Assembly (NCBI GenBank): GCA_964648025.1
Contig: CAZYKP010000021.1
Location: forward strand, 33,472 to 97,471
DNA from: an uncultured Pirellulales bacterium
GTDB lineage: Bacteria > Planctomycetota > Planctomycetia > Pirellulales > Pb10988
Direction: 5' to 3'
Length of the DNA: 64,000 nucleotides
The notes under the pieces were generated by a model that was not told where the DNA came from, made no database searches, and saw only the letters and a list, made by a program, of their open reading frames with translations. Both the position numbers and the translations under genes were made by a program. How positions within the stretch are numbered: the stretch's first letter is position 1; the number at the start of each line of letters is the position of its first letter. Shown here in pieces: positions 38,741 to 47,126 of this stretch.

Positions 38741-40186
38741 ATGCCTACCAAGACAGTGCTCTCGCTCGTGGGAATTTTCGTTGTGCTGGGTGCCGTCGGG
38801 GTGGTCGCCCTGGTTCTGCCAGGGAGCCGTCCCGGTTCGCTGAGGATCGGCGGGGATGCACCTCAAGCTATCGTTGTCGGTGGCCCACAGTATGATTTTG
38901 GCTTACTCGAGGTCGGTCAGACAGGAAGCCATGAGTTTGTCATCCGCAATGAAGGTCCAGGGATTCTCAAGCTGGAGGCTGGCAAACCAAGCTGCAAGTG
39001 CACCAGCTTTACGATTGCCGAGACGGAACTCCAGCCAGGTGAGCAGACCATGGCTGAGGTCGAATGGTCGGGCGATTCATCAATGGTTGCCTTCCGCCAG
39101 ACAGCCCCAGTCAAGACGAACGACCCCAAGAACCCTTCCATTGAGCTGGTGATCACCGGAGAGATCCTGCAACTGGTCGGCGTTGAACCGTCACCTCTGA
39201 CTTTGTCGAGAATCTCTTCCAGCAAAGAGCATCAATCCGAATTTCTGGTTTACAGTCCCGCCGTGGAGCAATTCGAGATCACCTCTATTGAGCCCCAGAA
39301 TCCAGAAACCGCCAAGCAGTTCGAGATCTCCTGGACGCCGGCTGCACAAGACGATTATCAGCCCCTGGGCGGAAAGAGCGGATATCTCTGTACCTTGACT
39401 GTCAAACCTGGTCTGCCATTAGGGCAGTTCAACCAAAAATTCACGATTAAGACCACTGTCCCGCTGAAGCGGAACTCCTTAACACCTGAGCTCAAGGAGA
39501 CTGAGCTCAAGGAGACTGAGCTCAAGGAGACTGAGCTCAAGGAGACTGAGCCCAAGGAGACTGAGCCCAAGGAGACTGAGCTCAAGGACACCCAACAGGA
39601 GGCCTCCCAAGAGGGAGGATCCGCAGAGAAGTCGGGAGACGCTGATGATCCGGGGAACTCAGCAAAGGACGCCGCTGAGCAGCCCAGGCCAGAAACACCC
39701 AGATCAACCGAACCTGGGCCGGAAGAAGCTGGCCCCAAAAAGGTGGATCAGGGTGTGCATCGGGAGAAGGGCGATCAGGTGGCCTCAGTCGAGTGGGTTG
39801 TCCGAGGGGTTGTTGAGGGCGATCTGAGTGTTCTCGGCAACGGGTACGATTCGACGCGTGGACGGCTGACAATCGGACAGGTTCCACGTTTCCAAGGGGC
39901 CAAGAGGCAGCTGCGTCTGTTAGCTCGTGGTCCCCATCGAGATATCACGATCAAGGGCGTCACCACAAACAAACCTGGCATTTTGCTTGCCAAAGTGGGC
40001 CCCAAGAGAACTCTCACCTCCAAGCTTGTCACATTCCCGATTGATATTGAGATCGCCGCGGATGCCCCGGAGATGAACCAAATGGGCACCAAAGCCGGAG
40101 AAATCGGGGTTGTGACCCTCCAGACCGATCACCCGGTCACTCCTCAAGTCCGCATCTTGGTACGTTACGCTGTCTTAGAACAGTGA
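38741..40186 (+). CDS. DUF1573-domain protein with repeat linker
   Basis: TM anchor, then YDFGLLEVGQTGSHEFVIRNEGPGILKLEAGKPSCKCTSF, which is the DUF1573 pattern. An acidic ELKET repeat linker is followed by a second beta-rich domain. Confidence 0.8.
   Translation: MPTKTVLSLVGIFVVLGAVGVVALVLPGSRPGSLRIGGDAPQAIVVGGPQYDFGLLEVGQTGSHEFVIRNEGPGILKLEAGKPSCKCTSFTIAETELQPGEQTMAEVEWSGDSSMVAFRQTAPVKTNDPKNPSIELVITGEILQLVGVEPSPLTLSRISSSKEHQSEFLVYSPAVEQFEITSIEPQNPETAKQFEISWTPAAQDDYQPLGGKSGYLCTLTVKPGLPLGQFNQKFTIKTTVPLKRNSLTPELKETELKETELKETELKETEPKETEPKETELKDTQQEASQEGGSAEKSGDADDPGNSAKDAAEQPRPETPRSTEPGPEEAGPKKVDQGVHREKGDQVASVEWVVRGVVEGDLSVLGNGYDSTRGRLTIGQVPRFQGAKRQLRLLARGPHRDITIKGVTTNKPGILLAKVGPKRTLTSKLVTFPIDIEIAADAPEMNQMGTKAGEIGVVTLQTDHPVTPQVRILVRYAVLEQ
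39488..39592. repeat. In-frame 7 x 15-bp tandem array (ELKET/EPKET)
   Basis: gag(c/t)(t/c)caaggagact x7 inside CDS 38741-40186. Confidence 0.9.
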
Positions 40187-40324
40187 GAGGACTCTGGCCG
40201 GGTCTGACTCTCAACCGGCCACTGCGCCTCCAGCCGCGACAGGGCGAAAAATTGCTCTTCTCCCGGATCCCGACCTGCGGCTATGGTGACCTAATCTGTG
40301 TCCCCCCTGTCTGAGAGGAACGGT

Positions 40325-41923
40325 ATGACGGATCACCGAACCACAATGTCTCGCAAAACCCGCTTAGGTGTTAGCCTGGCAATTCTGGGGCTCTGTGTTG
40401 TTGGCATCTGCTGCACGTGGATGCCGGCGGATCAAGAACCAAGCGATCAAGACGAGTCCTTGCAGGGAGTCGCTCAAAGAGCGGGCGGTGCCATCCAGAA
40501 AAGCTTTGTCAGCGGTCCTGGCGAAGGCACTGGCTCTCAAGGAGTGGAGGCAACATCGAGCCAAGGTCACCCCGGTGAAGATCCTCTGGCGGATTGGCCC
40601 AAGCCTCAGGCGGTGTTGGTCATCTCGGGGGAGATGGACGGTTACGTTGAGCCCTGTGGCTGCGCGGGCAAGGAAAACCAGAAGGGTGGCCTTGCCCGGC
40701 GACACGGTTTTCTCCAGATGCTGAAGAAGCGAGGCTGGAATCCCATTGCGTTGGAACTTGGAGGGCAAGTCAAACGGTTCGGGCCTCAAGCCGGGATCAA
40801 GTTCACCCATGTCGCCGGTGCCCTCAGAACCATGGGCTACCAAGCGGTTGCCCTTGGGGTCAAAGAGCTCAATCTTCCCATCATCCTCAACGAAGTCCTT
40901 CAGCCCAGCAACAATTTCGTCTCCGCCAACGTTGGCCTGGAAGGGGCGGAAGACTTGATCCCCAAACACCGCCTCATCCAAGTCGGGGGAACACGCATCG
41001 GCGTGACAGCGGTCTTGGGAGACCGATACCAACGGAGAGTGACCAACCGGGAATTTACCTACAAGCCGGCTGCTGAGGCACTTCGGCCGGTGGTCGCCAG
41101 CCTCAAGGACCAAGCCGATGTGCAGGTTTTGTTGGTCCACGGCTCCAGAACCGACTCTCAGGAGTTGGCCAAAGAGTTTCCCGAGGTAGACTTTGTGGTC
41201 ACCGCCGGCGGTGCCGAAATGCCACCTGGCGAGCTGGCGGAGATCAGCGGCTCGCGTGGCCGGCTGGTTGAGGTGGGCCACAAGGGCATGTACCTGGCTG
41301 TGATCGGCTTGTTCGACGATCCCCAAAAACCCTGGCGATACAAAAGAGTGGCCCTGGACGCTCGTCATGCCGAGACCAAGGCCATGTACGAAATGATGGT
41401 CAACTACCAGGCGGAACTGGAGGGAGTGGGATTGGGTGGAGCTGTCGCTGTTCCCAGAGCCCACCCCAGTGGCCGCTCCTTCGTCGGCTCAGCCGCCTGT
41501 GCCGATTGCCACACAACCGCCCATGAGATTTGGTCGAAGACCCCTCACGCCAAGGCCTTGGAGACTCTCAAAAACCTCGATCCTCCCCGACATCACGATC
41601 CCGAGTGCCTCAGCTGTCACGTCGTTGGCTGGGATCCCCAGTTGTATTTCCCCTACAAGAGCGGCTATCTCAGCGAAGAAAAAACTCCCTTGCTGACTCA
41701 TCAGGGCTGCGAAAACTGCCATGGCCCGGGCAGCGACCACGTTGCCGCAGAACTTGGGGAACTGGAGGTCACCGAGGCCGAGGCAGATCTTCGCAGGAAG
41801 CAGATGCGGATCACCCTGCAAGCAGCTGAGGCCAACTGTCGCGGCTGCCACGATCTGGACAACAGTCCCGAGTTCGACTTTGACACTTACTGGCCAAAAG
41901 TTCAGCATGAAGGCCGGTATTAA
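40325..41923 (+). CDS. Tetraheme c-type cytochrome (c554-like C-terminus) fused to a degenerate 5'-nucleotidase/metallophosphoesterase-like domain
   Basis: ATG at 40325, then a TM. Four CxxCH motifs: CADCH, CLSCH, CENCH, CRGCH. The N-terminal domain has phosphoesterase-like topology, but VISGEMDGYVEPCGC sits where the metal-binding DxH would be. Confidence 0.8.
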   Translation: MTDHRTTMSRKTRLGVSLAILGLCVVGICCTWMPADQEPSDQDESLQGVAQRAGGAIQKSFVSGPGEGTGSQGVEATSSQGHPGEDPLADWPKPQAVLVISGEMDGYVEPCGCAGKENQKGGLARRHGFLQMLKKRGWNPIALELGGQVKRFGPQAGIKFTHVAGALRTMGYQAVALGVKELNLPIILNEVLQPSNNFVSANVGLEGAEDLIPKHRLIQVGGTRIGVTAVLGDRYQRRVTNREFTYKPAAEALRPVVASLKDQADVQVLLVHGSRTDSQELAKEFPEVDFVVTAGGAEMPPGELAEISGSRGRLVEVGHKGMYLAVIGLFDDPQKPWRYKRVALDARHAETKAMYEMMVNYQAELEGVGLGGAVAVPRAHPSGRSFVGSAACADCHTTAHEIWSKTPHAKALETLKNLDPPRHHDPECLSCHVVGWDPQLYFPYKSGYLSEEKTPLLTHQGCENCHGPGSDHVAAELGELEVTEAEADLRRKQMRITLQAAEANCRGCHDLDNSPEFDFDTYWPKVQHEGRY

Positions 41924-42245
41924 ATCTCTCGATTTCTTGCCAAGGCAGTTTTGAGGTCCAGGGGGACCGAATTGGCTTCCCGGAGGAGGCAGTCTCCGAA
42001 GTCGCAGCCGACAGCTGCCAGCGAGAAATGCCTCCGCGGGCAGGCTTTTGGGCCTTGCCACCTCCGCAGAGAGACCAACTCTTCGGCGCCCAGCGGCTTT
42101 GCTTCTGCCCGAATTGTTGTTGAGTTCAGATCCGTCCTGGCGAATTCGGGCGTACTCCCCCTAACTCTCAGCTGGATCTATAATCCATGCGTCGGGCCTG
42201 TCCGTTCGGCCTGTCATCTGTGGGTCCCTGGGTGGGAGTGAATCC

Positions 42246-42650
42246 ATGCCGGTGCAGATGGAATTGGCCCGCATCATCATTAGCGATATCAACCAAACGC
42301 AGGTGATCTACCTGAAGGAAGTTGATGGGGTTAGGGCGTTTCCGATTCTGATCGGGTTGTTCGAAGCCACCAGCATCGACCGACGGGTGAAGGGGGCCAA
42401 TACGCCTCGTCCTCTGACACACGACTTGCTGGTCAACACCGTCGAGCAGCTCGGCGCAGAGATGCAGGACGTGGTCATCACCGAACTACGCCACCACACC
42501 TACTACGCTGTTCTGCGTATCCGACAAGACGGGGAATTACGGGAAGTTGACGCGCGTCCATCAGACGCAATTGCTGTGGCGGTCAGCTGCGATCCGATCT
42601 TGCCGATTTACGTCTCTGAGGAAGTGCTCAACGATGTTTTGGGCGAGTGA
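42246..42650 (+). CDS. Bifunctional nuclease (DUF151/BFN) family protein
   Basis: 134 aa: VIYLKEVDGVRAFPILIGLFEATSIDRRVKG...RPLTHDLL...YYAVLRIRQDG...VDARPSDAIAVAV. Confidence 0.85.
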   Translation: MPVQMELARIIISDINQTQVIYLKEVDGVRAFPILIGLFEATSIDRRVKGANTPRPLTHDLLVNTVEQLGAEMQDVVITELRHHTYYAVLRIRQDGELREVDARPSDAIAVAVSCDPILPIYVSEEVLNDVLGE

Positions 42651-43039
42651 TCTCTTGGCTGGACGGGCTGATGTTCGTCGGAGCAGTTGGCCAGACCAGC
42701 TTGGCACACAACCGTTTGGGTCCAAGTTCTCAGAGATTTGCTGGGACGTCTCGACCGATTGCGATGATGGTTCAACCGGTTGAGTAACCTGCACGGGCAC
42801 ATCGCAGCACACGCGGTTGGGCCTCAGTGGAAATCACCATTTCCCGAAGATTTCTTTCCGAGCAGTCGGTTTCGGCTGATCAGTGCCGAGGTTTGGCACA
42901 CAGGCTGGCTAACGGTCGGCAAGGGCTCTTTACGGCGGGGGGCAGGTTTGATTCGACCGTCAAGGCAAGCTCTGGACCGGAGCGACGAACTGAGGGTGGA
43001 GGGAGGATTCCGGAGTCCAACAGCAGATCTTCGCCGCCC

Positions 43040-43172
43040 TAGTGCCTTGTTTGCTAGGATTTTGGCAGTCGGTTGATTTGGGCAGTCGGTTGATTTTGGC
43101 AGTCGGTGGGACGTGAATCCCCCGATTCCACGAGAACCAGCTGCCAAATCAGAAGGAAACCGACCACTAGGT
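43040..43172 (+). repeat. Family C element, copy C3 (3 internal 17-bp units)
   Basis: Same arms as C1, with gatttt/gatttgggcagtcggt(t) x3. Confidence 0.85.
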
Positions 43173-43480
43173 TCTTGAGCCAGAGCTGCTTGAGCGATTT
43201 GGTTTCGCCCCAGCACCGATGTTTGTGCAACCGGCATCCTGGATCCCCGACCGAGCTGGCGTGCAGACCTCAATGGATCTGCTGTTGGCTCATAGAGGGT
43301 ATGCGGCCGACCTCGCGGGAGAAGAAGAGGAGTAGCAAGCCGAATTGCGAGAGCTCAGCAGCAGCCTGGCCTTGGGAAGCGACAGCCCAGACTTGGGTCG
43401 AAGTTACTGGTGTCCAGGCAAAGGTCGTTGCTCTGCTTGTTGAGGCAGTCGGGCAGCATCGGAAAGTCAGCGGGCCAAGC

Positions 43481-45295
43481 TCAATCCATGGCATCAGCGA
43501 ATTCGCGTTGCAGTGCCTCCAACGCCTTCTGACCTTTGACTCCACCAACCAGCACGCTGACCCGCACTTCACTGGTAAAGATCAACTGCAAGTTGATGCC
43601 GGCCAGGCCGAGAGCCTGGAACATGCGGATGGCCACTTCTGTGTGGCTCCGTAACCCAATGCCAAAGACGGATAACTTGGCCACATCGGGGCTACTGGAC
43701 ACCGCGCCGCAGTTGAGCTGATGGGCGAGCTGTTTGGCCAGGGCCACGGTCTTTTCCAGTTCTGCTCGCGGAACGGTGAAGCTGAGCGTTGCCTGGCGTC
43801 CGCTGCCGATGTCCTGCACGATCATGTCCACCATGATGCCAGCTGCACCAATGCCCTCAAACAACGCAGCTGCCAGACCTGGAGTGTCTGGAATCCCCTC
43901 CACAGTCACGCGTGCCTGAGTCTCATCGAGCTCAACAGCGTCCACAGTCAGGTCCTCCATACCTTGCAGGCGGCTGACTGCCGCGACCGCCCGATCCTCC
44001 GGCGCCGGCACCGGAGTTGTGGCCGTCTGAGGACTTGGCACCACGGTGACACGCCGAGGCAGCCGCAATCTCTGGGCAGGGGGTTTCTCCAGTTCAAAAG
44101 CAGCGTGAACCGCCTGCAGAGCCGTCAAGGCATGCAAACGAGCGACTAAAACGGAAATCTTAATTTCGCTCGTGCTGATCATCAGGATGTTCACGCCTGC
44201 CTCGGCCAACGCGCGAAACATCTTGGCGGCCACGCCGCTTTGCTGGGCCATGCCCAAGCCCACCACTGAGACCTTGGCAACACCTTCATCAAAGCCAACG
44301 TCGGTGGCTCCGAGCTTTTCGACAACCGCTTGAGCAGCTTGGAGAGTGGCAGGCAGATCGTCGCGGATGACGGTGAAGGAGATGTTGGCTCGTCCATCTT
44401 CGCCGATGTTCTGCACGATCATATCGACAGAGACGCTGCGATCGGCAAGCTCCCGAAAGACCATCAGCGAGGTCCCTGGTTCATCGGGAACACCGATGAC
44501 CGTCACTCGGGCTTCATTCTTCACCAAGGCTGCCCCACACACCGCCGAATCGGCACTTTCGGGGCGAGCCAAAACAGCTGTGCCAGGAACTTCGCTAATA
44601 AAGCTACTACGAACTTGCAAAGGAATGCAGAACTTTTTGGCGAACTCGACCGAGCGGTTGTGCAGCACCCCGGCCCCGAGGCTGGCCAGTTCTAACATTT
44701 CGTCGTAGCTAATTGTGGAGACTTTGCGTGCCTCCGGCAGGATGCGGGGATCGGTGCTGTAGACGCCATCAACGTCGGTGTAGATTTCGCAGTTGTCGGC
44801 CCCCAAGACAGCCGCCAAGGCCACTGCGGTGGTGTCGCTGCCACCTCGTCCCAGAGTGGTGATATTGTAGTCCTCGTCGATGCCCTGGAACCCAGCAGCG
44901 ATGACGATCTGGCCGGCATCCAGGGCGGCTTGTAAACGATGCGTATCGATGCAGCGGATGCGAGCCCGGGTGTGCGTACTGTCGGTCTGAATGCCGATCT
45001 GCGCTCCGGTGAGGCTGATGGCTCGACCGCCTAAGGTATGGACGGCCATGGCCATCAAAGCAACACTGACTTGTTCACCGGTGGCCAAGAGCATGTCCAT
45101 CTCCCGAGCAGGCGGATGATCGCAGACTTGCTCGGCCAGCTCGATCAGCCGATCGGTGTTCTTGCCCATGGCGCTGACGACAACAATCACCCGATGGCCA
45201 GCCCGATGCGCCCTGACTGCCTTCCGGGCGGCTTCCAAGATTTTCCCGCTGTCGGCGACACTGGTCCCACCGAACTTCTGCACAATCAGCGACAT
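43481..45295 (-). CDS. lysC: Aspartate kinase, long form with four ACT domains
   Basis: ATG at 45295 gives MSLIVQKFGGTSVADSGKI. Kinase core, then two tandem ACT pairs (ARVTVIGVPDEPG...KVSVVGLGM...; ARVTVEGIPDTPG...KLSVFGIGL...). Confidence 0.92.
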   Translation of the reverse strand: MSLIVQKFGGTSVADSGKILEAARKAVRAHRAGHRVIVVVSAMGKNTDRLIELAEQVCDHPPAREMDMLLATGEQVSVALMAMAVHTLGGRAISLTGAQIGIQTDSTHTRARIRCIDTHRLQAALDAGQIVIAAGFQGIDEDYNITTLGRGGSDTTAVALAAVLGADNCEIYTDVDGVYSTDPRILPEARKVSTISYDEMLELASLGAGVLHNRSVEFAKKFCIPLQVRSSFISEVPGTAVLARPESADSAVCGAALVKNEARVTVIGVPDEPGTSLMVFRELADRSVSVDMIVQNIGEDGRANISFTVIRDDLPATLQAAQAVVEKLGATDVGFDEGVAKVSVVGLGMAQQSGVAAKMFRALAEAGVNILMISTSEIKISVLVARLHALTALQAVHAAFELEKPPAQRLRLPRRVTVVPSPQTATTPVPAPEDRAVAAVSRLQGMEDLTVDAVELDETQARVTVEGIPDTPGLAAALFEGIGAAGIMVDMIVQDIGSGRQATLSFTVPRAELEKTVALAKQLAHQLNCGAVSSSPDVAKLSVFGIGLRSHTEVAIRMFQALGLAGINLQLIFTSEVRVSVLVGGVKGQKALEALQREFADAMD

Positions 45296-45333
45296 TCTCG
45301 GCCTCAAGGTGGGTCCCGACTGGTCCAACTCAA

Positions 45334-45408
45334 GCTCGCGTGACTCAGGCTCGCGTGACTCAGGCTCGCGTGACTCAGGCTTGCGTGACTCAGGCTTGCG
45401 TGACTCAG
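45334..45408. repeat. 5 x 15-bp tandem array in the lysC leader
   Basis: gc(t/c)(c/t)gcgtgactcag x5. Each unit carries the palindromic heptamer tgagtca on the coding strand. Begins 39 nt upstream of the lysC ATG and is open in frame with lysC from TTG 45418. Confidence 0.9.
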
Positions 45409-45891
45409 GTTCGTGCAAGTCAAGCCGTGTCGTTCAAGCTGTGTTATTTAAGCTTGAGCAACAGGCAGGCTTGAGGTTCTTGAGAGCTTCCGACTGAGGA
45501 TCGAAGCCTTTGGGGGGCAGTGGAGTCTCTTCGGCGATCGCTTCTCGCCTTTGACCCCTGACCTGTTCTGAGCATCAAGTAACGCAGTGGCACTGGTAAG
45601 CTTTCTGGATCACCAATTCAAGGGTCAACGCCGACAACCGCTCAGGAGCTTCAGCTGGAACAAGCAACGTCCGCAACAACTGCGACTTCTCGCCGCGGTG
45701 TCTTTCAGGAAGGGGCCTGTCTGACTGTCTGACGGCCCGCTCTGTCGGCCCATTGTCAAGTCGGCCCATTGTCAAAGTGCTCGCTGGGGACTTTTTTTGA
45801 GCTTGCAGCACAACGCACTCAACCTCAGGTTTTCTGAACGGACTCTGCTTGAGGTTCTGGGGGCTTTCAGCAGCGTCGGGAGATCTTTTTG

Positions 45892-46956
45892 ATGCACGTT
45901 GTCGTCTATGAATACATCACCGCCGGAGGGTGGACCACGGACTTTCCTCAGCAGCCTCCGACTGGATCACTAGCTGCCGAGGGGTTGGCCATGGTCCGAG
46001 CGTTGGCCAGCGACCTGACCGGGGCCTCGGGGATCAGCACCACGATCCTGTCGGAGGCGGCCAATCCCTCTCTGGCCCAAGTGTTGCCGCCGGAGGTCAC
46101 TCAGGTGCGGGTCGAGGCAGGGCAAGAAAAACGCCTGCTGGCCGAGCTAGCGGCAATAGCGGACTGGGTGGTGGTCATCGCACCAGAATCCGCTGGAATC
46201 CTCTTCGATCGATGCCAATTGGTTCAGCAAGCCGGCGGCCGGCTGCTGGGGCCACCCTTGGAGATGATCGAACTGACTTCCGACAAGCACCGCACCTGCC
46301 AGAGGCTGGCCGCCGCAGCGATTCCGGTTCCCGTCGGGCGTTGCTTGCATCCAGGCGATCCCTGGCCGAGCGAGATCAGCTACCCAGCGGTGCTCAAACC
46401 GAACGACGGCGTGGGAGCTACAGACACCTTCCTGTTGGAGAATCGGTCAACAGCCCAGACTCTGTGGGAACACTTGCAACCAACCGCTCCGTTTCGCGTG
46501 GAGCAGTTTCTGCCGGGCCAAACAGCCAGCATCCTGGTCGCCTCAGGCCCTGCCGAACACCTCTGCTTCCCACCAGCACGACAGGTGATCAGCCGTCAAG
46601 AAAACCGTCTGATTTACCAGGGCGGCCAAATCCCCGCCGGCCCCCCCGATTTCACCAAACGGGCGCAGCAGCTCGCTAGACAAGTTGCAGAAGCACTAGA
46701 TAGAATGCACGCGTTGTGGGGGATAGATTTCATCTTCGGCACCCAATCAGATGGTTCTGAAGATGCAGTTGTCGAGATCAACCCGCGGCTCACGACGAGC
46801 TACGTTGGGTTGCAGACACTGGCCTGCGCCGCAGGCATCAACCTTTCGGAAATCGTTCTGGCAATCGTCGACGGAACAAGACCCCTCCATACCATGCAGG
46901 GTCTGTCCAGCCGGGCAGTACGCTTCCAACCAAGCGGACTCACAACCTTGCTATAA
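45892..46956 (+). CDS. ATP-grasp enzyme of the COG2232 / MfnD-OrfY-like type
   Basis: MHVVVYEYITAGGW N-terminus, YPAVLKPNDGVGATDTF, and VVEINPRLTTSY. Confidence 0.75.
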   Translation: MHVVVYEYITAGGWTTDFPQQPPTGSLAAEGLAMVRALASDLTGASGISTTILSEAANPSLAQVLPPEVTQVRVEAGQEKRLLAELAAIADWVVVIAPESAGILFDRCQLVQQAGGRLLGPPLEMIELTSDKHRTCQRLAAAAIPVPVGRCLHPGDPWPSEISYPAVLKPNDGVGATDTFLLENRSTAQTLWEHLQPTAPFRVEQFLPGQTASILVASGPAEHLCFPPARQVISRQENRLIYQGGQIPAGPPDFTKRAQQLARQVAEALDRMHALWGIDFIFGTQSDGSEDAVVEINPRLTTSYVGLQTLACAAGINLSEIVLAIVDGTRPLHTMQGLSSRAVRFQPSGLTTLL

Positions 46957-47126
46957 ACAGTCTCGACTTTTTTATTGCTTCGACAGCGACCCGGCAACCA
47001 AAACCAGTTTGTTCTTTGGTGTCCTCGCGTGAGTCTTTGGCGATTGGCCGAAGAGTTGAGGGTGACACTCCTCTGAGACGTTTGGAGCCGGCGGCGGCAG
47101 TTTTCTGCCTGGGGCCGCCGAATGCT

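Noticed and set aside
40364-41464. Long antisense or alternative-frame ORFs (40364-41464, 23566-24381, 61198-61935, 32810-33586, 24932-25666, 1970-2725, 45930-46679, 59146-59799, 28834-29544)
   Set aside because: They lie opposite to, or out of frame within, genes that have strong family motifs. They have Arg/Gly/Pro-rich composition typical of GC-rich shadow ORFs.
42179-42184. TATAAT hexamer ~60 nt upstream of the bifunctional nuclease gene as a promoter -10 box
   Set aside because: There is no convincing -35 partner. Planctomycete promoter consensus is poorly defined, so a single hexamer is not adequate support.
45409-45888. Lysine (L-box) riboswitch in the long lysC leader
   Set aside because: No AGAGGCGC/GGGAGG-type conserved cores were seen on the lysC strand. 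The leader is dominated by the 15-bp array instead.
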